A DNA stretch of 64,000 nt from Rebecca billardiae RCC1528 (taxonomy: Eukaryota > Protista > Haptophyta), in assembly GCA_965240325.2 (NCBI GenBank), contig OZ251229.1, positions 1,922,001 to 1,986,000 of the forward strand, read 5' to 3'. How positions within the stretch are numbered: position 1 is the stretch's first letter; each line of letters begins with the position of its first letter. Positions 10,583 to 21,816 of this stretch are shown in pieces. The position numbers and the translations under genes are program-made. The notes beneath the pieces were generated by a model, which was given only the letters and a program-made list of their open reading frames with translations, had not been told where the DNA came from and made no database searches.

Positions 10583-13500
10583 TTATTCGCTGTCATCGCG
10601 CGACGCCAACGGCGGGCCCGTGGGCGCGTCGTCGTCTCGTCGATCCGCCATCGTCATCAAATCATTATCATCAGCTGGCGGTGCTGCGCTCACCATCTGC
10701 TCCACCGACTGCTCCGCCGAGAACGAGGATGGGCAGGATGGCCCGCAAACAGTAGCCGACGATGACATCGACGAGTGGCGGGTCGAGGAGCAGCTGCTCT
10801 GCACGCACGTCGTCGATGCCTTCTGCTGTGGCGACCGGGCTGCCCTGCTCTCGGCGCAGCTCGTGATCAGCGCCTGCACGGTCCTCATGGCCGCGGTGTC
10901 TTTGTCCAGCACGTGGTCCGTGCCGCACCGGTTGAACTCGCTGCGGTCATCGCAGCCCTCGGGGTCGCCCGTCATGCCGATGATCATGCCGTTGAATCCG
11001 TGCGCGCGCAGCATGCGGGTTGCCAGCGTGCCAGTCATCACAGGCATCTGCGGGCGGCGCGCGCGGCGCAGCGCGCATGGTGAGCATCGCCGTCCGCCTG
11101 GCGAGGGAGCCCGCCCGGCTGGGCGCACGCGCGCACGCGCACGCGCCACGCGCGCCGTTCGCTATCCGACTGGCGAGAGCCCGCCCCGCTGGGCGCGCGC
11201 GCTCGCGCACATGCACGCGCCACGCGCGCCGCGCCACGCGCCACGCGCGCCGGTCGCACCTGGTTGTCCATGATCACCACGTCGAAATCGCGGCCCTCCT
11301 CGGCCACGAGCTGCACCGCCTGCTTGCCGTCCGTCACGTGCGTGATCGAGAACTCACCGAGCGCCTTCTTCAGCCGCAGGTGCAGCATGCGGTGCAGCAG
11401 CCGCTCGTCCTGCGCCCGGCGCGGCCAGCGGGAGAGGGGCAGGCAGAGCGCGTGTGAGCACGGCGGCGCGCGCGCGCGACGCGCGCCCGCGCCCGCGCTC
11501 GCTCACGCCGCACCTCGACGTGCAGCACGTGGAAGTCTGCCGGCAGCGCGCGCGCCGGCTTGGACGGCGCCGATGGCGGGGGCGGCCGGCTGTCGACGTG
11601 CTCGGCGGCGCGCGAGTGGGGCATGTCGGTATCGGTGGCGATCGGCTCTGCCGGCTCGAGTGACGTGCGGCCGCTGCGCCTGGGCTTGTGCTCGGCACAC
11701 GCCGCGTCACCGCCGCTGCTCGAGGCGAAGGCGGCGGGGCTCGGCGCGGCGCACGCTGCGCCGTCCTGCTCGGCCGGCACGCAGAGCGACGCGCTGTCGG
11801 TGTGCGGCGGCTGAGCGCCCGGAGACTCGGCGGGCGGAGGCTGCAGCTCCGCTGCCGGTGGCACGTCGTCCGAGCGCGCGCCGCTCTGCTCCTCGTCCAG
11901 CTCGCGCTCGTTCGTGAGCGGCGCGTCCTCCGCGCAGCGCACGCGCAGCAGGAAGCGCGTGCCATGCCCCAGCCCCTCCGAGCTCAGCTCCACCTCCGAG
12001 CCGTGGTGCAGCTCAGCCAGCTGGCGCGCGATCGAGAGGCCGAGCCCAGAGCCGCCCGAGCCCTGCAGCTGCCCCAGGCCGACCTGCGCGAACACGTCGC
12101 CCGAGTTGAGCAACTCGAGCTCGGTGGGGCTCAGGCCGCACCCCTCGTCCACCACCTCCACGCCAAAGGCGAACGACGCGCCGACGCTCGGCGTGGAAGA
12201 TCTCGCCGAGCGAGACGACGCGCTCGTTGGGTACTTTGGAGCGAGCGTAAACCCCGGCGGCGCCGACAAGGCAGACGCGGGCGAACGCGAGGCGCTGACG
12301 TCCGAGTCGGCCTCGGAGGCGGCGTAGGGCGGCGGAGCGCGTCCTCCCCTCGCGCGGCCGGGCAGGCGAGCTCGCGTGCGCGGCGAGATGGACTGGAGCA
12401 TGCGCGACACCATATTCCCAACTGACTGCACGCGCCGCACGCCGTCGTCATCACCCTCGCACCGCGCGCCGCCGCGCGAGCCCTCCGCGCCCTCGTCTCC
12501 GTGTCGTGCGCCCTGCGTCAGCTGCGCCGAGCTGAGGACGCGCACGGTCACCGCGTGGCCTGCGGGCGTGAACTTGAGCGCGTTGCTGAGCGCGTTGTAC
12601 ACGCACTGCTGCAGCCGATGCACGTCGCCGCGCCAGCGAGCGCCCTTGAGCCAGCTCGGCAGCGGCTCGATCTGAAGCGATATGCCCTGCTGTGCCGCCA
12701 GCGCGGCAAAGGCGGCGCGCGTGGAATCGAGCAGCTCCTCGACGGCGAATGGCCTGTTCACGATGATCAGCCGGCCCGAGTCGATGCGCTCGAAGTCCAG
12801 CATGTCGCGCACGATGTTGCCGCAGATGTGGGAGCACGTCGAGAGCGCGTGCGTGCAACTGCGCATCGCGGCGAGCTGCTGATCCGGCAGCGCACGCTCG
12901 GCCGCCAAAGCGCTCAGCTCGTCGTCGAGGTTGTGCGCCGCGTTCGAGATCGTGAGCATCGGCGAGCGCAGATCGTGCATGACCACGCGGATCAGCCGAG
13001 AGCGCGCCTGCGTGAGCTTCATTGCCGACTCCGCCTGTAGCTTGTGCGTCAGCTCGCGCGCGTCCGCCTCGCGCACCAGCATCACCATCGCGTGGACGTT
13101 CGCGCGGAAGTGGTAGTTCTGCCGCTCACTCCCACGCATCTCTCCGCGGAAGTAGATCGCCATGAGGCCGATGGCGAGGAGGAGGGCGATCTCGGCGATC
13201 TGAGCGTGCCGAGTGATCCCGTTCAGCGTCTCGAGCGTGGCGAACCAGCCAATCATCGTGAAGACGTGCACCGCCAGTGGGACCATGTCGAGCGGTGCGA
13301 AGCACGCTGATGCCACGAGGCTCGACGCAACCTTGAGCGCGTAGTCGGTGGCGGTGGTGGCGAACTGCTCGGGCGGCATCGGAAGGGAGGTGATGCCAAG
13401 CGCATGCAGCCTGCTGGGCACGAAGACGAGCGGGCCCACGAGGCACGAGCAGTTGAGCAGTGTGACCATCAGCACCTGCAGCATCCACTTGCGCACCCAC

Positions 13501-13832
13501 AGCACGCGCGCCGCTTGGATCCGACCGAGCACCAGCGAGACGCTGAAATACAGGGCGGACGTCGCGAGGAGCGTGACGATGCTCCATCTCGGCCAACCCT
13601 CGAAGATCTGCTGCATCACGACCACCAGATACAGCATCGAGATCGTCCAGCACGTCCGCGCGGTGAGCGGGAGGAGCGACGCTCGGGCCTCCCGCTCGCT
13701 GAAGATGCTCTCCAGATCGGGATCAACGAACGTGCGCCTCCACGTGAGGGCGGCGGGTTTCTCGTGGATGCTGGTGGGCGTCGACTCGCGGGCGGGCCCG
13801 CACGTCGCGGGCGCGCTCAGCTCGGCTGGCAT
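10583..13832 (-). CDS. Membrane-bound hybrid sensor histidine kinase (multi-TM, HisKA, HATPase, receiver); exons 13832-11514, 11409-11260, 11047-10583
   Basis: H-box MHDLRSPM, N-box NALSNALKFT, G1 DEGCG, G2 GGSGLGLSIA. Spliced receiver VLHVE|DE...DVVIMDNQ|MPVMTG...IIGMTG...VLDK. About six hydrophobic helices at the N-terminus. Start codon uncertain. Confidence 0.9.
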
Positions 13833-15806
13833 GCCGCAGGACGCGTAGAGCCTCGGCCTGGGACTTTGGATCGACGAGCGCGGAGCGCCCCTCGCAGAGG
13901 GTCCAGTGACTCCAGAAGGCGCAGTGCGAATGTTGTGTGCGAAGTGCGAACGGAACAGAGCGGGTTGGGTGCGAACGTCTTCCAAGGTCCTTTCGGTTGG
14001 TGTCGGCTTGTGAGTGAACGGCTTTCAATAACATAAGCAAAGTTTAGGGCGGGGTGAATCAATACACGTACTGAGTGTCGTCAATGATTGTAGCCGGAAA
14101 CGTGTGACGACGTTTTCCGCGCTACGGCAGAGCCGTGGGGACGACGACAGAATCGCTGCGAGTATGATAATAATGCGACGGATGCCCGTGTCCGAGACAG
14201 ACTGATGAACAGGTATGATACCTTTATCTTACCTTGAACTTCAGTAGTACCTTTCCTACCCAGTAGTTAACCCGGATATCATGTGGAGGTACGTGCTAAC
14301 GCCCACCGCCGCCAGGCCGGTTCCGGAGAGGCGGAGACAAGCACCTCTCTGGAGAGGTCCACGTCCGCGCCGGCGAACACGCGCGGATAGGCTAGGCAGT
14401 GGGCACACACTACTCCTCGGATGCCATGCGATGCTGCGGTTGCATGTTGCGCGGGATACTCGCTAACTTATCGCCCCACCAGGCGCCGTGCAGTGCACCT
14501 TCACACCACTCAGTTGTTGATTACGCTAGCAGGTCAGGTGCCTGTCGTGTAAGCAGCCCGTTTTCTAGCTGCCCGCGATGCAGCCCGCCCGCCTGCTGAC
14601 GTGCATGAGAAACGTGTGGGTGACAGGGTAAGGCAACACACGTGTAGGCGCTGCGGCAAGAGAGTGTCATCATGGACCTCGTCTACATGACGCGCTGGGT
14701 CGAGTCCGGCAGCTTCGTCTGGCCGTCCACACGCCGAGTAGCTTTTTAAAGTAATCACTCATCAGTCTCAGTGAGTACGTGTCACTGTCAGGCGAACTGT
14801 GGGGCTGGACGCACAGCATGGTCAATGGTGCTGCTACGTACGCGTAGATTCCGTGTTCGCAAGGTGACGATGATGAACACGCGCGCCATGACCGCCACAA
14901 GCAGCACAGTAGGCCGTTGGCAGCCCCCCCGGGGACTGTCGGACTCTATCTATGACTATGTCGGATGACACCGTGCGGCATCCGCGCATCCCGATCCCGC
15001 AGCTCGGCGGGACTTCAGGCATCAGCAGTACCCGGGCTCCGAATATATATATTCTGACTGCTAGCTCATACGTGCAGCCGTACAAGGACTGCTGCGGCTG
15101 CCGGCGGTCGGGTCTGCCAGTACCCGGGCCCCGATTCGGCGGGACCGCTGGGTCACTCGACACTCGGACGGCATGTTGAGTGATGTTCAGCAGTGTCCGA
15201 GCATGATTTGAAGCTCAGCATGTCGTCTGCATGACTGACGATGCGGCGAATGCCGGACGCGCCGCGTGGCCCGCTGCTAAGTACCACTGGCACCCTGAGT
15301 AGTCGATCCGGCCTGCTGATTCCGGGGCTCGGAGCACGGCTGCACGTGGCGGCGCGATCACCGACCGTCGGCGTCATCATCCAAACATCGACCAATGGCA
15401 CTTGCTGCCACTTGGGCGGCAATGTCGCCATTATGGCATTATCGGGCTGACGATCACTGCTGATTGTCGTCTCACTGGTCATCTAATCGGATCATCATCA
15501 GCACTATTATAAGTGCTCTTCATCAAACTACAGCGTCGTAGCAAATATGGGGGTAATGAAATCAACTACCGCAGCGTATCGGGCCGTATCGCGACTCGCG
15601 TGATGAACGGATCGACGATGTCGATGAGTATGACGCGCGATGTTATTATTATAATGACTCGAAGTCGCGAGTCATCTGTCGAGTCGTCTCGTCTCTCGAC
15701 TTCGAGTGCTGCCCCGTCATTCTCACAGTCACAGTCACGACTACGTCGACTAGTGGCCCGATCGGACCAGGCAGCGGGCGGCACAAAATTATTTGCATGA
15801 CGCGCA

Positions 15807-16315
<509 letters not shown>

Positions 16316-16531
16316 TGACCGCGTTCCGCGGTCCTTTTCCGTAGAACGAACGTAGTTCGGGGCCCGCGGTGGCGGTGCACCCTCCGTCGCACCCTCCGTC
16401 GCGATCGAGAGTGGGCCCGCCCGGCCGCGAGCCCGGCAGCGAGTAGACTCCAGCGGCGCGCCGCCGCCCGCCGCGCGGCCGGGCGGGCCCATCGCAGCCG
16501 CCGGCGAGGCGCCGATTGTGTACAGTCGAAG

Positions 16532-18681
16532 TCATGGCCGACTGACCGTATCGTCGGCACGCGCTGCTGCTGCGAGATCGTCGGCGTCGGCACGCGCTGC
16601 TGCTGCGAGGGCTGCTCGCTCGCCAGCTGACCGAGGCACTCGAGCAAGCCAAGGTATGAGTGAGCACGCCTCGGATATCCCACTGCTGTCCTGTGCCATA
16701 GGACTGGGTCCTATGCCACAGGACAGCCACAGGGACGACTCAGTAGACGACATTTTCTCATATTGCCGAATGGTACGACTGCACCTAGGGGTCGGTAGCA
16801 GTGTCGCCACCATCCGCCAGAGCGAGCTTGTTGTGATTTTCGACCACCACCGCATGTTTTGGGCTCCACGGATGGAGCGCGTGAAGCCGTTGCGGTCGTT
16901 GCCGCCTTGCAACTCCACGGCGGCAACGCCGACCGCCATGTGGCACTTGTAGATGACACCCAGCTTGATGCTCACACATCGTGGTTCACTGTGTTCGACC
17001 AGAGCCGTATGAGGTTCATCCCCAATGCGTTTTGGTCCTCGCCAAGCATGGCATTGTACGTCACGCCGGGGCTGCGCGCGCAAGCCGCTGCGGTCTCTCG
17101 CGTCGTCAGGTGGTTGCGATCGAGCATCCGCGCGCATGTAGAGCAAGCCTCGGAGGTAGCCGGAACATCTTGCCATGTCGCGTGCGTGAAAGGTATCGCA
17201 CCTGTAGACACGCCATGCGTGTGCCGCAGTCGATTTACGCGACGCTCGACCCGCACGCTCTTGGATTCGTGGGCTCGTGGTCCACAAGGACGGCCGCCAC
17301 CATCGTGGGAGGTCCGTGGCCGCACGCACGATGGCGGTTGCCCTCTCTTCGCCCCGCCCCAGAATCGGTGTGCTACGGGCAGCAACGCGCCTGGCGGCGT
17401 GGGCGGCGGTGCGGGCGGCGGCACGGGCATCCGGCGCGAGCACTCGCCTGCGCTGTCCGTGCCCAGGGTCGCCGCTCGGCTGCCAGGGGCGAGCAACTGA
17501 CGCTGTCATGTGCTGGTTGTGGGGCCGTCCCTGGCGGGCCGGTTGTCTGCGCCACAACCGAGCGCGCGCGCGCGCGCGTACGCGCGCGCGCGCCCGATCG
17601 CTGTAGCAGTGGCGGCAGGCGGAGACGGTGTGTGCCAATAGCTGGTTGAGTTGTGTGTACGATATAGCCACGCCGATGATCGTACGCGCAGAACTGAGGC
17701 GCTGGCGCTCTGGTGATCTTGTCCTATGGCATCTGAGGACTGAGTCCTATCTGTTGCAGGGGGATATCCGGCCTCGTCGCAGCCAGCCAGGGCCTCCATG
17801 ATTTTGTACAGCACCTCGCACGCGTCCTGCTGCTGCTGCCCAAACGCCGTTGTCCACCGACAGACCTCCGCGATCGCGTCGTGGAGCGGCTTGAGCAAGC
17901 TACGCGTCGGCCCCACCTCGCTGGGCCACTTGCAGTTGACATGCGCGAGCGCCAGCGAGCGCATGCTGGACACGATGGGGTTGGTGCACTGCTCCGCCGC
18001 GGCAGATGTGGCGAGCGAGACGATGGAAGGGCACGCGAGCAGCGCGGCCAGCAGCGAGCCGAGGTAGCACGTGACGCCTAGGTTGAGCGTGCCCAGCAGG
18101 CTGAGCGAGCCGGCCGGGCGCCCCCGCTGTGGTTGTGCTTGCTCTGCAGCGGGCATTTCCCCGCCGAGCGCGGCGAGTGCCTCGAAGCGGCTGCCAGCTG
18201 TTGGGCCGGATGAGGAGGAGGGAGGGAGCTGGCCTGCTGGGCGCGTGGTGAAGTCGGTGATCAACCGCGCAGCGCCACCGCTGCCGAGTGCGCCCTCCGC
18301 CGCCAGCACCTTGCGGACCTGGCCAAGGAGCTGCTTGATCGCTTTTGTTGACACGCCGTACTCGCTCGCGGCGCCGGGGATGGTCTGCTTGTGCCTGGCG
18401 ACGGAGATGGCGGCAGCGGTGCTCTGGAACGTGGTGTTGTTCACCCGCGTCACCGTCCTCGAGTCGAGCAGCGCGTTCAATACGCGGCGAACGTAGTCCT
18501 GGTCGGCGTCGCCGGTCGAGGTGCTGTTTGCCATCGCCCCCCACGTGCGATCGGGCCCACCTCTGTTGTTTTGCGTCGGTGACGGGGCCGCGACGGCCGA
18601 CGACTCGACGCTCGCGAGCATCTTCAATAATCTATGATCATCATCAGGGTTACTACGTGAAGCGGTAGAATAGAATTTCAT
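16532..18681 (-). pseudogene. Interrupted/truncated ORF with a psq-like HTH and the N-terminal half of a USP (C19) ubiquitin-specific protease
   Basis: HTH-like AAAISVARHKQTIPGAASEYGVSTKAI. Cys-box GTLNLGVTCYLGSLLAAL and Q-box QQQDACEVL. Interrupted by the 16672-17770 insertion; no His-box even after removing the insertion. Confidence 0.6.
16672..17770. mobile_element. Unclassified non-autonomous TIR element with 4-bp TSD, nested in the USP-like ORF
   Basis: TIRs CGGATATCCC(A/C)CTGC (14/15 identical), TSD GCCT (16668-16671 and 17771-17774), and subterminal (TGCC)ATAGGAC motifs at both ends. Confidence 0.75.
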
Positions 18682-18859
18682 TTACGAGCATTGATACGAC
18701 GCGGTGCAACGTGAAGCGGTTTTTTTTTTAGATACGACGCGGTCTAATGACCCATTGTTCATACATGTACATGAATGGGTCGTCATAAACGGCGGGCGGC
18801 TCATTTATGACCAGACCGGGCCCTGGGTGATTGATGATCAGAACCCGCAAAAGCTAGCG

Positions 18860-18919
18860 GCAGTCCAGCACACAAGTAATGAATTAATAACAAGCGCAGT
18901 CCAGCACACAAGTAATGAA
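18860..18919. repeat. Short direct duplication of GCAGTCCAGCACACAAGTAATGAA next to the MITE
   Basis: Two 24-bp copies separated by about 12 bp. Confidence 0.8.
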
Positions 18920-18923
18920 CTAA

Positions 18924-19274
18924 TGGCCCGCGGTGCCGGCTGGCTATCTAGATACGTCGTCATCGCTCCTTGATGACCTTGCGGCAATCTCATTGGCTGG
19001 AAAAATCGCTTGTAACGGTTCGTTACGTTATGGATCCTAAAGGGCGTGAAGTTTTTTGGACCGGGGCGTCACTCCAATATGAACTTGTCGTGGGCGCGAC
19101 CTTTGTCGCCGGATGGATACCTCTAGTGCGGTCTCAAAATTCGAAACTCGGTCTCCTCCAGCCCTGAAAATCGTCCCCCGTCCCTTTTTTCTTGATCAAA
19201 GATCTTTTTGAAACGTGGTTCGGGCCCGCTGGTGCGGGCTCCACGCTGCGCGCTCCGCCCTGCACCGCGGGCCA
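18924..19274. mobile_element. PIF/Harbinger-type (Tourist-like) MITE, 351 bp
   Basis: 13-bp TIRs TGGCCCGCGGTGC with TAA TSDs (18921-18923, 19275-19277). A related copy lies in inverted orientation from 63143. Confidence 0.85.
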
Positions 19275-19392
19275 TAAGCAGCTAGCTATATATTGATGAA
19301 TAATAGTATATACGTATATATTCATCAGCAGTATATAGACTACGACTGTAATACTACTATACAACTTATTAACTCAGATGCGCAGTTATACA

Positions 19393-21426
19393 CACAGTGA
19401 ACAAAAACGGGATTATCGTTACCGTAACCCGTCCGACACGAGCCGATTTTCGGGGAAATTCTCGCGCGGGCCGCACGAGCGCACAGAAGACGCTACGGTG
19501 GCCGCGCAGGCGCCTGACGAGTGCCCCGGGCATGGGACTGCAACATCCCACCCAGCCTCCCCATCTCTCCGCCCCTCTCTGCCTCGCCGGGTTGCACGCG
19601 GCTGGCCGGTCACGTAGCTCGTGGTGAGCCATTCGTGAGCGTGGAGCCCTGCTGCTCAGTGCGGCGATGCAGCGAGGCGAAGCGGCGCGTAAGATGGCGC
19701 ATCTTACTCCGAATGCAGTCTGCTACCAGCACAGCCGCCCTCGCCGGAGTGCCTGGTCGTCACCTTCGTCGTGTGCACGTGTCGCGCGCTGCCCATCAAC
19801 GAGCGATCGTAAGCCTTCTCCGGAGCCATTCAAACACGCTCGTCCTCGACGAGGCGTGCGCGAGGCACCGCGCGAGCGCGGGAGCGGCCCTTCCTAGCGT
19901 AGACCTGCACGGCAATCCACCTCGCCACAGCCTGCCATGTCACACTCCTCCCCGCACGCAGTGCTCGCATGCCGCGTGCAAGTCGGTCGACTGACCTGGT
20001 AGGAGGGTGCACAGAAATATTCGACTGCGAGGAGACGGCAGCGAGCCCACGCGCGCGGCGCCGTCCCGCGCTTCATTGTGCTGTTCTAGACCAGTCGCGC
20101 GCCCGCGGCACCGCGCCCGCCATCTCCGCGTCGCGTGCCAGTCCACGCCGCGCGCGTGACTCTCGACGTGTGCGTCGAGGGCGTCGTACGTCCGATTCGT
20201 ACCCGCATGTATTCAACAACTACGACAAATCGCCGCGCTGGACGGCACTTGGTCGCGCGATGGCATGGTCGCGCTGTGTGACGTCGCTCGCCGCAGGAAA
20301 TTCGGTACGCGACGAGAGCACGGCGCACGCGCACGGCGCGGCGTGGGAGGCGGGGCGGTGGTGTCCTCGAGCCATCCCGCCCGCGCCGCGGTGCGCCAGC
20401 CGCCACCTCGCCGCGCCGTGGCCCATGCCGCGCGGCAAGGTGTCGACCAGATCGACCTTGCCGCCCAACAGAGGGCCGCACCGGAAATTCTGTATTTGTT
20501 GAATACAGACTTACCCACGTGCCCGCGATGCGGCGGCGCCCGTGGCGGCGGCGAGGCGCGGCGGCGGCGGCGCGGGCAGCCTGACGGGCCAGATAGGGCG
20601 CGCCAGGTCGGGGCGATCGTGATGGGATGGTTCCATACGCATCAGTGCGTGCTCCTGTGCATCTCAAGAGCGCGCTGGGCGCCCTCTCTCGCGCCTATGC
20701 CCATCCCACGCGGTCTGAGAAGCCTCTGTTTGGACACCGTTGGCTGCGCGCTCGGTCGTGGCTGCCCGGCGGGTCGGAGAGGTCGAGGCGAGCCGGGTCG
20801 TTCGCGACGGACGATGACTATGGGTCATGGCGAGTGGCAGCACGCAGCTCGGGCGCGCGCCCGGCGCCTCCTCGCCGCGCTACATCCACACCAAGATCTG
20901 GCCCAAAAACAGGCTTCAAGAGCGAAAGTCAGTCTGGGAGCTGCTCAGGCCGCTGTGTGCGGTTTGGCGGCGTACAAACGTGTGGAGCGGGTGCCCACAT
21001 GGGTTGAGCACAATGCTATAGAACGTTTTTCCGCGAAACACCACTTCCTCGCCTCTCCGCGCGCGTGCCGCGCGGCTCCCGTGAAGTCATCTTAACAGGT
21101 CACGTGTGGCCGCCCGTGGGGCGAGGGTGGGCGAGGAGGGGCGGGCGAGGGTGACGCCGCCCCGGGGAACCGCCTTGGCAAGCCGGCCGACGCCTCGCAG
21201 CCCCCCTCGCGGCACACATGCGCGCACGCCCGCCGCTCGGAGCGCGCCATCGATTCGAATGGGCGTGCGCACAAGCGACCATGCTCAAACGGCTTCGGCC
21301 CGATCTTTCTCCACTGTGGCGGCGCGAAGTGCCGCGAACGCGGCATGAAAAAAAATCCCCCGCATCCCCACTGGGCGGAAGTGCGGACGGGTTACGGTAA
21401 CGCCGAAAATCGATTTCTTTACTGTG
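19393..21426. mobile_element. Non-autonomous CMC-group (CACTA/Mirage/Chapaev/Transib-like) DNA transposon, 2034 bp
   Basis: Termini CACAGT...ACTGTG. Imperfect TIRs of about 45 bp share CGTTACCGTAACCCGTCCG. Apparent 2-bp TSD CA. No convincing transposase ORF. Confidence 0.75.
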
Positions 21427-21816
21427 CAGTATTAACAGTACGGTATATTGGCGGCTTATTATTAGTCTGCTACTAAGTACTAGACTCGACGGTTCTGAGA
21501 CTTCAGGCACCGCTACTGAATACTGATCCGTGATCAGAGTAGTACTCTTTGTCGAGTAATAACCGTCGCCGCAGGCGCCGAGGCGGCGCGACACCGACTC
21601 AGTTCCTCCGTGCCCGTGGCGCAGCTCACATCCCTGCGAGCAGAGGGTCAGGCTACTCCGCCTGGCATCTGGTCCTGGCAGCCAGGCTGGCAGGAGGCCG
21701 ATGCCACCGAGTCTGAGCGCAGCGCAGCGTGCACGCCCGACGCCGCACGCGGCACCAGCCGACCCGGCGAGCCTACACCATCCGAAACAAATGAGCGATC
21801 GGCACGCTTCAGGTGA

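Noticed and set aside
14281-15480. Cys-rich snippets (CPRC, CRRCGKRVSSW) suggesting a transposase zinc finger
   Set aside because: The fragments are short and in different frames, with no DDE motif or termini found. Possibly a decayed TE but unsupported.
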